A stretch of 64,000 nt of DNA from a candidate division FCPU426 bacterium (GCA_963771075.1 CAVYSE010000001.1:32001-96000); one strand, 5' to 3'. Shown: positions 18,889-29,259, numbered from the stretch's first letter. Program-made: numbers and translations. The notes: generated by a model not told the origin, from the letters alone.

Positions 18889-20334
18889 ATGGCGAAACCC
18901 ACAGGATTCATGGAAGCGGGACGGGAAACCCCGCACAAAAGGCCCGTAACCGAGCGGGTGAAGGATTGGAAAGAATACACCCTTCCCCCCGAACCCTCCC
19001 ACCTGAAGACCCAGGCCGCCCGCTGTATGGACTGCGGCATCCCCTTCTGCCACATGGGCTGCCCCCTGGGCAACATCATCCCCGACTGGAACGACATGGT
19101 CTACCGCGAGCGATGGAAGGAAGCCATCGAGCGCCTGCACGCCACCAACAATTTCCCCGAGTTCACCGGCCGGCTCTGCCCCGCCCCTTGCGAGAATTCC
19201 TGCACCCTGGCCATGGACGTCTACGACCAGCCGGTGACCATCAAGCAGATCGAGGTTTCCATCATCGACCATGCCTGGAACGAGGGCTGGGTTCGCCCCC
19301 TGCCCAGCGTCAAGAAGACCGGGAAAAAGGTCGCCGTGGTGGGGTCGGGCCCCGCGGGGCTGGCCGCCGCCCAGCAGTTGGCCCGGGTGGGCCATTCGGT
19401 GACGGTGTTCGAGCGCGCGGACCGCGTCGGCGGGCTTTTGCGCTATGGCATCCCCGAGTTCAAGATGGAAAAGCGCCACCTGGACCGCCGTTTGGAGCAA
19501 ATGCGGGCGGAAAGCGTGGAATTCAAGGTGAACGCCAACATCGGCCATAACGTGCCTGTGGAGGACTTAAAGAAGAATTTTGACGCCATTGTGTTGGCCG
19601 GGGGCGCCACCCAGCCCCGCAACCTGCCCGTACCGGGTAGGGAATTGAAGGGCGTTTATTTCGCCATGGAATACCTGACCCAGTCCAACAAGGTCCAGCA
19701 AGGCGACAAGGTCGAGGGCCAGATCATCGCGAAGGACAAGCACGTCATCGTCATCGGCGGCGGGGACACGGGAGCTGACTGTATCGGCACCGCCCATCGC
19801 CAGGGCGCCAAGAGCGTGACCTCCCTTGAGGTTTTGCCCAAGCCCCCTGTTTCCCGCGCGGCGAACAACCCCTGGCCCGAATGGGCCCGGATCTTCCGCG
19901 TGGCGGGAGCCCATGAGGAGGGCGGGGAAATCCTCTATAGCGTTTCCACCAAGCAATTCGAGGGCGAGAACGGCGTGGTCAAGAAATTGAAGGGCGTGAA
20001 GGTGGAATGGATACCGCAGCCTTCCGGCCCCCCCAAGATGCAGGAAGTGGCGGGAAGCGAGTTTGAGTTGCCCGCCGACCTGGTGTTTTTGGCCATGGGC
20101 TTTACCGGCCCGGAGAAGAACCCGCTGTTCGAAAAGATGGGCATCGAGTTGGACCCGCGCTCCAATGTGAAGGCCAACGCCAACAAGATGACCAATGTTC
20201 CCGGCATCTTCGTGGCGGGGGACATGACCCGGGGCCAGTCCCTGATCGTTTGGGCCATCGCCGAGGGCCGCGCCGCGGCCAGGGGAGTGGATCTTTATCT
20301 GATGGGTGAAACGACACTGCCCAGCCCTCTTTAA
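18889..20334 (+). CDS. gltD: Glutamate synthase small subunit
   Basis: MAKPTGF, CMDCGIPFCH.GCP, GSGPAG and GGGDTG. Confidence 0.96.
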   Translation: MAKPTGFMEAGRETPHKRPVTERVKDWKEYTLPPEPSHLKTQAARCMDCGIPFCHMGCPLGNIIPDWNDMVYRERWKEAIERLHATNNFPEFTGRLCPAPCENSCTLAMDVYDQPVTIKQIEVSIIDHAWNEGWVRPLPSVKKTGKKVAVVGSGPAGLAAAQQLARVGHSVTVFERADRVGGLLRYGIPEFKMEKRHLDRRLEQMRAESVEFKVNANIGHNVPVEDLKKNFDAIVLAGGATQPRNLPVPGRELKGVYFAMEYLTQSNKVQQGDKVEGQIIAKDKHVIVIGGGDTGADCIGTAHRQGAKSVTSLEVLPKPPVSRAANNPWPEWARIFRVAGAHEEGGEILYSVSTKQFEGENGVVKKLKGVKVEWIPQPSGPPKMQEVAGSEFELPADLVFLAMGFTGPEKNPLFEKMGIELDPRSNVKANANKMTNVPGIFVAGDMTRGQSLIVWAIAEGRAAARGVDLYLMGETTLPSPL

Positions 20335-20981
20335 ATAATTAGATTTAGAGGGAAGGCTGGACATACCCAGTTCTCATATAAATTCACAAATTGAAACTGG
20401 GTGCCCAGCCCTCTTTAATAAATAGATTTAGAGGGAAGGCTGGACATACCCAGTTCTCATATAAATTCACAAATTGAAACTGGGTGCCCAGTCCTCTTTA
20501 ATAAATTGATTTAGAGAGAAGGCTGGACATACACAGTTCTCATATAAATTTTAAGGGTCGTTCCCGAATTTGCAGATAAAGGGTTTTGAAGTGCTTTTTG
20601 TGGTCTGTCATCGAGAGGAGGCGCCCCAATCGGGGCGGTTGCCGACGTCGCGATCTCAGTTCGATGTTCGTCTTGGCCTTTTTAAAGGCTTTTTTAAACT
20701 GGGATTGTCCATGGGCTAAAGCCCATGGAGGGTTGGCCGAATTTAGGCCAACTACCACAAGCCTCTCGTGAACGTCCGCCTAGCCCCATTTTTCTTTAAG
20801 GGTAAATAAGGAAAATGGGATGATCCCGCATCATCTTTTAAAATTTTCAAAAGGAAATGCGGGATATCGGCGGCCACTCGTCGCAATGACAACCAAATAA
20901 AGCAAGATTTAAAACGGACTCTATCTGCAAATTCAGGAAAGGGGCAATTTTAAAATTGAAACCGGGTGCCCAGCCCTCTTT
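20318..20981 (+). repeat. 83-84-bp tandem repeat starting in the gltD 3' end; third unit interrupted by a MITE
   Basis: Units start at 20318, 20402 and 20485; the third resumes at ~20954. Confidence 0.85.
20555..20945. mobile_element. MITE-like element with 18-bp subterminal IRs and 8-bp TSD AATTTTAA
   Basis: TTCCCGAATTTGCAGATA (20561-20578) pairs with TATCTGCAAATTCAGGAA (20922-20939). AATTTTAA at 20547-20554 and 20946-20953. Confidence 0.7.
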
Positions 20982-21023
20982 GATTAGCTCACAGCTAAAA
21001 ACATAGCAGGTTATTTCAATTAA

Positions 21024-21116
21024 CCCTCTCCCCTTGAGGGAGAGGGCCAGGGTGAGGGGTGTCTTTCTTGAGTCATTTCCCCCTCATCCCAACCTTCTCC
21101 CTCCTGGGGAGAAGGA
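21024..21116. repeat. REP-like doublet (CCCTCTCCC..GGGAGAGGG..GGGTGAGGGG type)
   Basis: Two inverted copies of a widespread palindromic motif. Confidence 0.7.
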
Positions 21117-21138
21117 GAAAATAAAATATCAATTTTTT

Positions 21139-21177
21139 TAAAGGCGAACCCTCGACAAGCTCGGGGTCGCCTTTTTT
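21139..21177 (+). terminator. Intrinsic terminator
   Basis: AAAGGCGAACCC..GGGGTCGCCTTTTTT hairpin with T tract. Confidence 0.6.
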
Positions 21178-21289
21178 GTGCCTTTCAGTGGTGAAAAAAT
21201 TATTTGCCACTTCATTGTTTTCCACGATTGTTCCGAACCGGAGTGTATAGTTTTAGCGGATTGATATGAAATCGAAAGGAAATTTATCC

Positions 21290-22405
21290 ATGCCCAAAGC
21301 GATCTTTTACGTCCTCTTCGCGATCCTGTCTTTCCAAGCCTCGGTGGCTTGGTCCGTGACCAGCGACGAATACCTGAACGCGGGCCTGTCCCTCTACCAA
21401 AAAAAACAATGGGATCAGTCGGCGCAATACCTCAAGGCCGCGACCCAGACCGATCCCAAGAACTGGAAGGCTTTCCAGGCGCTGGGAAACTGCCTCTATC
21501 AGCAGGGCAAAGAGCAGGAAGCGCTCGACGCGTTTGACCAAAGCCTTACCCTCCATCCGGACCCCGCGACACAGAATTTCGCCGACGCCTTGAGAAAAAA
21601 GCTGGGGTCTTCCGGACCCATCCCGCCTCCCATGCCCGGGGTGGGCGCCCCGGCTCCGATCCCCGCGCCCGGGGATAGCTACGCCAAGGCGGTCCAGGAG
21701 GCCGAGGGGAACCTCCGCTATTACAACCTAAACCCCCAGGACCATCCGCTGTTGATGCAATATTATGAGGGGAAGAGCCTCGAGGGCCAATGCCGGGCAA
21801 GCCTGAAACAGGCCGACCAAAGCCAGTTAGGCGTCAATGAAAAATACGTGGAGCTTTACGGCGGGGTCAAAAGCGATTTTTACGATACCCATTTCACCCT
21901 CATGCTGGGGGTGCTCACCCCCACGATTGGATCCCTCGACTTCGGATATTTTCTCAATCCCACGACGAACGTGGGCTTGATGTTAGGTTATATCCCCCTG
22001 AACGATGAGGAATATCAATATTCCGAAAACGACTATGGTTATGTCACCAACGAACAAGTCGTCAATTATGGGGGCTCCGTCCTTTACCTCGAGCCACGGA
22101 TCAAATACTATTCCGCCCCCAGCGGATTGACGACCTATTACGGGTTCAGCGCCATCTATTACGGTATCCATTATTCATTAGCGGGGGATACCAACTTCGA
22201 TATCTTTGGTTTGGGATACCTGTTCGGCTTCCGCACCCTGCCGATGGATGGAATGACCATGGAATTGGGTTGGAAGGCCGGGGTCGCGGTCCTGGTCAAC
22301 GCGACCTACCAATATAACTATGATACCTATACCAGCACACCCACTACCGAGATTGTCCCCTTTCCCTACATCATCCCCGAGTTCCGGTTCGGGTTCACCT
22401 TTTAG
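21290..22405 (+). CDS. Secreted TPR protein with C-terminal beta-barrel-like domain
   Basis: Signal peptide, TPR pattern, and amphipathic strands ending FRFGFTF. Alternative start at 21266. Confidence 0.75.
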   Translation: MPKAIFYVLFAILSFQASVAWSVTSDEYLNAGLSLYQKKQWDQSAQYLKAATQTDPKNWKAFQALGNCLYQQGKEQEALDAFDQSLTLHPDPATQNFADALRKKLGSSGPIPPPMPGVGAPAPIPAPGDSYAKAVQEAEGNLRYYNLNPQDHPLLMQYYEGKSLEGQCRASLKQADQSQLGVNEKYVELYGGVKSDFYDTHFTLMLGVLTPTIGSLDFGYFLNPTTNVGLMLGYIPLNDEEYQYSENDYGYVTNEQVVNYGGSVLYLEPRIKYYSAPSGLTTYYGFSAIYYGIHYSLAGDTNFDIFGLGYLFGFRTLPMDGMTMELGWKAGVAVLVNATYQYNYDTYTSTPTTEIVPFPYIIPEFRFGFTF

Positions 22406-22454
22406 GATTCGCATGCGTCCACTGGGGATTCGTTAGTAATGGTCCTATTTAGCG

Positions 22455-22770
22455 GTAGTGTCTCAGTTTGAAGTCATTCCGAGCTTTGACCCGATAGGCT
22501 CGATTTGCGACGTGGGAATCCCAGGTTTTGCCGTAGGTTCAAGGTGTACAACCTGAGATTGTCCTGGGGCTAAAGCCCCAGGATGGTTGGCCGAATTCAG
22601 GCCAACTACTACATGCCTGGTTCATGCCGCTTTACAAAAAAAGACAAAGGGTTAGCGGCATAGTCCTGATTTACGTTGCCCAATGGGCAACGTAGGACAA
22701 ACCGCCCCGATTGGGGCTGACCCTCGCAATGACGACTTAAATTAGTTGCCCTTTTAAACTGAGACACTAC
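22455..22770 (+). mobile_element. MITE copy A (TIR GTAGTGTCTCAGTTT)
   Basis: Terminal IRs. Flanks CTATTTAGCG and CTATTCAGCG form a near-perfect 10-bp TSD. Near-identical inverted copy at 26260. Confidence 0.85.
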
Positions 22771-22814
22771 CTATTCAGCGCATCTTTTGTAATTAGTCCA
22801 TTCCTTTTTATACA

Positions 22815-25217
22815 ATGTCCTGCCTGAACCAAACTTTACAAAGGGATTCAATGACCGTCCGAAGTTTTTACGCTGGCCTGGTGGTGTTTTTCTTTTCCTC
22901 CTTGACCTTTGCCCAAAATCTCCCAATGACTCCCGTGACCGTTGACGAGTGCGCGACGACCATCCGCATCGACGGCCACCTGGATGATTGGCCCCTTGCC
23001 CGGATGTTCCACCTGAACCAGAAATCCCAGGTCACCTCGGGGCTCTCCTTCTGGAAGGACGAGGACGATTTCAGCGGAAGGGTCTTCATCACCTACAACA
23101 CCCAGTACCTCTACTTCTCCGCCGTGGTCACCAAGGCCAATCCCGTCGTCAACGACGGATCACGGCTGTCCCTGTTGAACGGGGATTGCGTGGAACTGCT
23201 GATTTCAACCCACCATTCCGCCAAGCGCCGGACCCGCCTGTCGCGGGGAGATTATCATTTCGGCTTTTCCCCTGGAACCGATTGCAAGTTCCCTTCGCTC
23301 TACTGTTTCAACCTGGACGAGGAAGTAACGGGGGCGCGGATTGTGTCGCGAAAAACTTCCAAGGGCTATGTGGTGGAAGCGGAGATTCCCCTATCGTTCC
23401 TGAAAGGCATCGACCTGGGGCCGGGGAAGGGGGCCTACCTGGACGTGGCCCTGGACGAAGGAGGCTCCCTGAGCGGCAACCGGATCCTGCGGATGGACAT
23501 GGCCCAAGATGACTTTTCGCCCAGCCATCCGGGCGGCTGGCCCGAAGTGGAGTGGATCGGGAAGGATGAGGTTTCCATTCCCCTGGTAGATCCGGGCGAC
23601 CTTAATTCGGACCTGGTGAAGGATGGCACCGCGGGTGAAACTTTCCGGGGTTCCCATCCCGTGACCGGGGTCGTCCAGGACTTAAACGGCAAACCCCTGG
23701 CGGGGGCGTTCGTCACCACCTGGCCCCGCACCCATGAATGCCAGGCCGACAAGTCCGGCCGGTTCCTTTTTGACCGCATCAAGCTTTATGACCGCACCCT
23801 GTTCTATGCCCGTTTGGACGGCTACCTGACCAGCCTGGCGCCCTACGTGAAGAACATTCCGGTCACCCTCCGGTTGAAACCCATTCCGCCGGAACTGATG
23901 CCCGAAACGGGCAGGGTGGGCGGGTTCTTTTTTGGGCTCAACCTGCCCGTCTCCCAAGGGGGAAACAACCCTCCGCCCCTTGCCGGTGACGAGCCAAGCT
24001 TGAAAACCATGGGCCTGAGCTTTCTCGATTTTTCCGGCCTGGACCCCCGGACCCAAACCCCGGAGGAAATGTCCGAGAGATTGGATCTTTTCGTCGACTA
24101 TTGCGGCCAGGTGGGCTGCGCGCCTCTGGTTCGCTTGGCCCTGCCTTTTTTCAGCGCCGAGCAGGCCGCCGCATTGGTGGAGCACGAGAGTGAAACCCAT
24201 CCGGGCCGAGTGGAATATTGGGCCCTGGGAAATGAGCCTGATCTCTTGGAGGGGATCAACGATGACCCCGACCAACAGCCCTTCAACGTCTATCGGTACA
24301 TCAATGAGTTCCGGGAAATCTACAACGCGATGAAACGGGTGGACCCCGGCCTGGTCATCATGGGGCCGGGACTGGCGTTCAAATATGGACACGCCGGGGA
24401 GGATTGGTTGACTCCCTTCCTTCGTTATGACGGCGACATCGTCAACCTGGCTTCCATCCACCGCTACGCGATGAAGGCCCCCCCGGTGGATGGCAAGGCG
24501 GTCCTGAAAACCCTCCGCGAGGAGCCGGCTCTCATCCGGGGCCTGGAGGACCGGGTCGACGTGAATACGGACGTGACCGTGCCCCTGGTCGTCACCGAGG
24601 CCGGCCTGTTCGCGGGTCCCGGATTACCCGCGGCGACCCCGGTTCCCGCCATGACCCCATCCGCGACCCCTTCCTCCGGTCCGGCGACGCTTAAAACGCC
24701 GACCCCCACCCCCTCCACCCAATACGATAGGGTCTGGCCCGCCCTTTGGGCGGGGGAAGAAGCGGGGCTTTTAATCACGGGGGGAATACCCATGGCGCAT
24801 TTTTCGCCTCTCGTCTATTCGCCGGGTCCGGTTTCGGCCTTTTCCAATATCTCCAGTCCAATCGACTGGGCCTTGCGCGTGATGGCGCCCCAACTGAAGG
24901 GAAAGGTGCTATCGGCCCAAACCCGCATGCCGAACCTTTTTGTCTTCGCCACCGAGGATGAAGCAACCCGCACGGTCCAATTGATCCTGGTGAACGCCGG
25001 TGACCGTTACCTTCACCCGCGCATCAATGTGAGGGGGGGCGACGCGGATGTGAGCCTGCTCTCCGATCTTTACATGGACGCCGATCTGGAAGTGCCGGAG
25101 ATGGGCCTGGCCCGCCTGACCTTGCGGGATCAGGGCCGCCCCTGCGAATCCGAGGTCTACTTTTACCGTGATGTCCTGGACGGGAAGCCGCCCAGGGTGA
25201 AAAAGGAATCATTCTAA
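22815..25217 (+). CDS. Secreted modular protein: CBM9/DOMON-like domain, carboxypeptidase-regulatory-like domain and clan GH-A glycoside hydrolase
   Basis: IDGHLDDW and GYVVEAEIP; WALGNEPD acid/base, SIHRY and VTE nucleophile. The start may be 22851. Confidence 0.75.
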   Translation: MSCLNQTLQRDSMTVRSFYAGLVVFFFSSLTFAQNLPMTPVTVDECATTIRIDGHLDDWPLARMFHLNQKSQVTSGLSFWKDEDDFSGRVFITYNTQYLYFSAVVTKANPVVNDGSRLSLLNGDCVELLISTHHSAKRRTRLSRGDYHFGFSPGTDCKFPSLYCFNLDEEVTGARIVSRKTSKGYVVEAEIPLSFLKGIDLGPGKGAYLDVALDEGGSLSGNRILRMDMAQDDFSPSHPGGWPEVEWIGKDEVSIPLVDPGDLNSDLVKDGTAGETFRGSHPVTGVVQDLNGKPLAGAFVTTWPRTHECQADKSGRFLFDRIKLYDRTLFYARLDGYLTSLAPYVKNIPVTLRLKPIPPELMPETGRVGGFFFGLNLPVSQGGNNPPPLAGDEPSLKTMGLSFLDFSGLDPRTQTPEEMSERLDLFVDYCGQVGCAPLVRLALPFFSAEQAAALVEHESETHPGRVEYWALGNEPDLLEGINDDPDQQPFNVYRYINEFREIYNAMKRVDPGLVIMGPGLAFKYGHAGEDWLTPFLRYDGDIVNLASIHRYAMKAPPVDGKAVLKTLREEPALIRGLEDRVDVNTDVTVPLVVTEAGLFAGPGLPAATPVPAMTPSATPSSGPATLKTPTPTPSTQYDRVWPALWAGEEAGLLITGGIPMAHFSPLVYSPGPVSAFSNISSPIDWALRVMAPQLKGKVLSAQTRMPNLFVFATEDEATRTVQLILVNAGDRYLHPRINVRGGDADVSLLSDLYMDADLEVPEMGLARLTLRDQGRPCESEVYFYRDVLDGKPPRVKKESF

Positions 25218-25307
25218 GGGAAATGGATCTCCGGGCCCTTGGAAAGGGTTGGGAGAATCCCCAGGTGGGGTTAAAATGGTTCCATTCTTTTCCCTTGAGG
25301 GTATTCG

Positions 25308-26048
25308 ATGAAAAATATTTTCTTTCTTATCCCCTTTTTTTTGATCTCCCTTTGGCTGCCCGTCGCCTGCCAGAAGACCTATACCCTTCCCACAGTTCCG
25401 CCCACGCCAGGCCCCACCGCCACCCCCACCTGTAACACGCCCGCCCAAACCCAGCCCTGTTCCGGGACGGGCATTCAATGGGGTTACGGGCAGGTGGTGG
25501 TTCAAGCCAGCCAAGGCGGAACAACGACTTGGTACGCAGAATTGGAAATTGATGTTGATTGCGCGCTTTGCACTAACGCCCAGGTCACCCTGACGAGCCC
25601 GGAGTTGGCCCTGCCCGTACCTGTGCCTTACGCCAACGGTCATGTCCTCATGAACGGGACCCAATATTCCGATTATGGGACCAATAATTTTCCGGGGACC
25701 CTGGCGGCCGGCTCCTACACCCTCACCGCCGTCACGCCCTCCGGGACCACCTCAGCTACCTTGACCCTGCCGCCCCAGCCGGTCATCTCCGCCGACGGTT
25801 CCACCGCCTCCTGGCCCGGTTCAGCCCAATGGGCGCTCGTCGCGGTCGACAACTCCTCCTATTCCCGAACCTTCATTTCCAGCGACTGCTGGTCTGCCAG
25901 CTCGCCCTACTCCATTCCCGCTTCGGCCTATCCATCCTCCGGTACCTATTACGCGGCCGCGGGTTGTGAAAATTGGACGACGGCCATTAACGGGGGTTCC
26001 GGCATTTTCAGCATATCCAACTCATACGAAACGGGCGTAACGAAATAG
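25308..26048 (+). CDS. Lipoprotein, hypothetical
   Basis: Lipobox-like LPVAC, GAGG RBS and Thr/Pro linker. Confidence 0.75.
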   Translation: MKNIFFLIPFFLISLWLPVACQKTYTLPTVPPTPGPTATPTCNTPAQTQPCSGTGIQWGYGQVVVQASQGGTTTWYAELEIDVDCALCTNAQVTLTSPELALPVPVPYANGHVLMNGTQYSDYGTNNFPGTLAAGSYTLTAVTPSGTTSATLTLPPQPVISADGSTASWPGSAQWALVAVDNSSYSRTFISSDCWSASSPYSIPASAYPSSGTYYAAAGCENWTTAINGGSGIFSISNSYETGVTK

Positions 26049-26058
26049 AGGAGTGTCT

Positions 26059-26232
26059 ATGAATTTTGGGCATCTGGATCCAAACCTGGTTTTGCTATTG
26101 ATCATCATTTTCTGGGTTATCTGCGGACGCTTCCTGATGAAATTAGCGATCGAGATCGTCCTGCTTTGGGCCTTGGCCCTGTTCGTTTTCTGGTACGCCG
26201 CGCCTTTCCTTGCCAAGTTTTTCCATCATTGA
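26059..26232 (+). CDS. 57-aa small membrane protein (absent from the ORF track)
   Basis: GAGGAG RBS; MNFGHLDPNLVLLLIIIFWVICG... with two hydrophobic segments. Confidence 0.6.
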   Translation: MNFGHLDPNLVLLLIIIFWVICGRFLMKLAIEIVLLWALALFVFWYAAPFLAKFFHH

Positions 26233-26259
26233 TCCCCTAACCCCAAACGAAACACCCGG

Positions 26260-26577
26260 GTAGTGTCTCAGTTTAAAAGGGCTATTGATTTAATTCGTCA
26301 TTGCGAGGGTCAGCCCCAATCGGGGCGGTTTGTCCTACGATGCGCATTGGGCAACGTAAATCAGGACTATGCCGCTAACCCTTTGTCTTTTTTTTGTAAA
26401 GCGGCATGAACCAGGCATGTAGTAGTTGGCCTGAATTCGGCCAACCATCCTGGGGCTTTAGCCCCAGGACAATCTCGGGTTGTACAACTTGAACCTACGG
26501 CAAAACCTGGGATTCCCACGTCGCAAATCGAGCCTATCGGCTCAGCTCCTCGGAATGACTTCAAACTGAGACACTAA
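26260..26577 (-). mobile_element. MITE copy B, inverted relative to copy A
   Basis: TAGTGTCTCAGTTT / AAACTGAGACACTA ends, with AAACACCCG duplicated on both flanks. Confidence 0.85.
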
Positions 26578-26670
26578 CAAACACCCGCATCAAGGTTGAT
26601 CACCTGCAATAGGGTGTAAAATAGCTGCCATTCCAACACTCGCCGGACTCACCGGCGGGGAGGAGGCCTG

Positions 26671-27717
26671 ATGCCGCTCGACCTGCAGTTGTTCCTCATC
26701 AGCGTGTTTTTCATCTTTTTCCAGGGAGTGCCCCGGATCCTGAAACGCCAAGGTTTGCCCCTCCAACTCAACTTCGTCCAGGTATCAGACGCAAGTTTTA
26801 CCGAGAGACAAAAGAGGCATTTCGGGGAACTGGACGAAAAGATGGCGAAACTGGGCTTCACGCCGGTCCTCAATTACGCGGTCACCAACCTGTCGGGGCC
26901 CAACATCAGCCGGTGCTACCTGAGCAGTCTGGACGCGGCCCGGGTGAACGCGGTCCTTTTGATCGGGAGCCGCACCCAGGTAAACCCCATCCAGGCCCTA
27001 TACCTGGAAATCAGCACCAACTTCAAGGATGGGACCAGCCTGACCACGATGAATTCCGAGACCGCCACATTCTTCGACCTCCTGCCGGGACGCGTCCGCC
27101 AGAAGTTTCCCGCCGTCAAGGACCCGGAGGAATTGAAAAACCTCCATGACTTGAAACTGGGGGAATTCAAGGACAGGGAAAGGCTTTATATCTCCAAAGA
27201 GGATATCTTCCCCCGCCATGAGAAATACCACGCGGAATTCTGCGAGTACCAGGTGAAGCGCGGTCTCCTGCGTCTCCATCCCGGGGAGACTCGTTACCGC
27301 TTGACCCTCAAGGCGACCCTGCGCGCAGTGATGAATTACCTGAACCCCTTCGCTCCGGGCCTCGTTTGGAAGAATCTTTTCTGGGCGATCCTGGGCGGGG
27401 TCTTGATCCCGGTAAGCGGGGTTTATTTCAGCCCCGTGATTATCCCATTCCTTCAACAGGCGATGGGGTTGGAACCGGTGACGCTTTCGTGGATCCTGGA
27501 CCTGGTGCTCTACGCCTTCGGGGGAGCGGTGGTCGGCTATGTCCTCGCCCGTCGGGTTTTTGTTTGGGGGTTCCTCCTGGCTTATTTACCCTCCCGTATT
27601 CTCACCCTCGCGGGTCTTCTCGCTTTCGAACCCCGTTTCATCCCTTTGAGCCTGCTGCTCACCTCGGTGGCCCAGGAGGTTTCGGTATGGAAGCGAAAGC
27701 GGGAAAGGATCATCTAG
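26671..27717 (+). CDS. Hypothetical membrane protein
   Basis: GGAGGAGG RBS; N-terminal TM and several C-terminal TMs. Confidence 0.75.
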   Translation: MPLDLQLFLISVFFIFFQGVPRILKRQGLPLQLNFVQVSDASFTERQKRHFGELDEKMAKLGFTPVLNYAVTNLSGPNISRCYLSSLDAARVNAVLLIGSRTQVNPIQALYLEISTNFKDGTSLTTMNSETATFFDLLPGRVRQKFPAVKDPEELKNLHDLKLGEFKDRERLYISKEDIFPRHEKYHAEFCEYQVKRGLLRLHPGETRYRLTLKATLRAVMNYLNPFAPGLVWKNLFWAILGGVLIPVSGVYFSPVIIPFLQQAMGLEPVTLSWILDLVLYAFGGAVVGYVLARRVFVWGFLLAYLPSRILTLAGLLAFEPRFIPLSLLLTSVAQEVSVWKRKRERII

Positions 27718-27732
27718 CCTAGGTCGGGGAGG

Positions 27733-28590
27733 TTAGGGTGTACTGAAGGTGGTCGTGGAAATGTCGATATTCCAGTTTTCGTTATTGTAGCTGCGCGCGG
27801 TCACCGTCAACCCGCTGGCGGCGGCGGGAAGCACCCCGGCCGTGACGTAGGTCAGCCCCCCGGCGGGCGGCTGCGCGTAAGTGACGGTGGAACTCAAGGG
27901 GTTGCCCTGGTCCCCCCATACCCAGTAATAAGCCGGCACGATCTGGGGAACTTCCCAGGTGCGCGACACGGCGCCGGCCACCGTCCCCGTGGCGGTGAAG
28001 ACCGGGGCGGAGCTGGTGGTGGCGGAAAGGGCCAACCCGTTGGTCGAGGTTGAGGAAGAGAGGGCGTGCACCGTGACCGAGTTGGCGCTGGAGGGAAGGG
28101 TTCCGATGGCGACCACGTAATAGTAGACGTTGAAGTTGGTCATGCCGTTGGACCAGAACATGGTGGACCCGGGAATCTTGGCCCCCGTCGCGAGCAGGGA
28201 ATAGGGCCCGCCGGGACCGGTGGTGCTGTCCCAGACCTGGTAGGCGGTCACCGCGGCGCTGTTGTCCACCAGCCATTCCAGGGTGCCGTTATTCGTGGAA
28301 AGGTCCAGATAACCCAAAACGCCTTGGGGCACCGCGAGAGCCGTGGGGGTTGAGGTCGGAGTCAGCGTGAGAGTCGGTGTAAGCGTGAGGGTTGGGCTGA
28401 GTGTGGGGCTGGGGGTCGGGGATAGGGTGGGTGTACAGGTGTTGCCCGGAAAACCACAGGGCAGGGTGGTGGGAGTGTAAGGTATGGATGAAAGGGGGGC
28501 CAGGGTCGTGTTCTTCTGGCAATCCCACACTATCAGGGGGAAAAAAAGGACCGCGCCGAGGAGCAGAAGCTTTTGAGGATGGGGGGCCAA
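27733..28590 (-). CDS. Thr/Pro-rich lipoprotein with FN3/Ig-like domains
   Basis: Signal ending WDC, TPT linker and YYYVVA strand. Confidence 0.7.
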   Translation of the reverse strand: MAPHPQKLLLLGAVLFFPLIVWDCQKNTTLAPLSSIPYTPTTLPCGFPGNTCTPTLSPTPSPTLSPTLTLTPTLTLTPTSTPTALAVPQGVLGYLDLSTNNGTLEWLVDNSAAVTAYQVWDSTTGPGGPYSLLATGAKIPGSTMFWSNGMTNFNVYYYVVAIGTLPSSANSVTVHALSSSTSTNGLALSATTSSAPVFTATGTVAGAVSRTWEVPQIVPAYYWVWGDQGNPLSSTVTYAQPPAGGLTYVTAGVLPAAASGLTVTARSYNNENWNIDISTTTFSTP

Positions 28591-28733
28591 GGTTTCCCTC
28601 CCGATAAAATAATAACGTCACAAATGATTATACGCTGGTTTTGTTCCGGAGGGGTTCAGGGAGAATGGGGTTTTGCCCCAAGGGAACGGCCCTAAAATAC
28701 CTTTTAACGGCATTCATATATTGACTATCATCA

Positions 28734-29249
28734 GTGAGGTATTCAGCGCCTTCATCCCGTCCGGAAGTGGAGAAGAACCGGTTGAAAAATCGTCCCTGGT
28801 CCCACTCGATCTATCAGGCCCTGGAGGGGGTTCATTGCCCCTTGTGCCAAAGCGGCGAGGTGGCCTTGATCCTCTATGGCCAGCGCAAATCGGACCCGGA
28901 ATTGGATCAATTGATCCTGCAGAAAAAGGTCATCCTCTGGGGTTCCTGTTTCGGAGTGGAGAACCACTTTTGTTTCGGTTGCCACGCTTCCTGGGCGGCG
29001 AAAGAGAAGATCGAATGGCGGCCCGTCGACCCCTTGACCCGGGCCGATGGAAAAGCCCCCTGTCAGACCGAATTTCCCATGGGAGCCCGAATGCCAGCCC
29101 CGACCCTGCCTGCCCAGGTCAAGGATTTCATTTGCTCCCGGTGCCTGGAACGGGCGCCCGTCAAATACATCCGTTGGAACCTTTTCCATGGGGCGATCTG
29201 CCTAAAATGCGTGGGAACCCTTCGCCAGATCAAGAAATACCTGGGCTGA
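28734..29249 (+). CDS. Cys-rich hypothetical protein (several CxxC)
   Basis: CPLC...ILYG...ILWGSC...CFGC pattern, plus CSRC and CLKC. Confidence 0.55.
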   Translation: MRYSAPSSRPEVEKNRLKNRPWSHSIYQALEGVHCPLCQSGEVALILYGQRKSDPELDQLILQKKVILWGSCFGVENHFCFGCHASWAAKEKIEWRPVDPLTRADGKAPCQTEFPMGARMPAPTLPAQVKDFICSRCLERAPVKYIRWNLFHGAICLKCVGTLRQIKKYLG

Positions 29250-29259
29250 GGCAAAAGGG

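Noticed and set aside
20318..20549. 84-bp tandem repeats as a CRISPR array (contain ATTGAAAC)
   Set aside because: Units are near-identical throughout, with no variable spacers.
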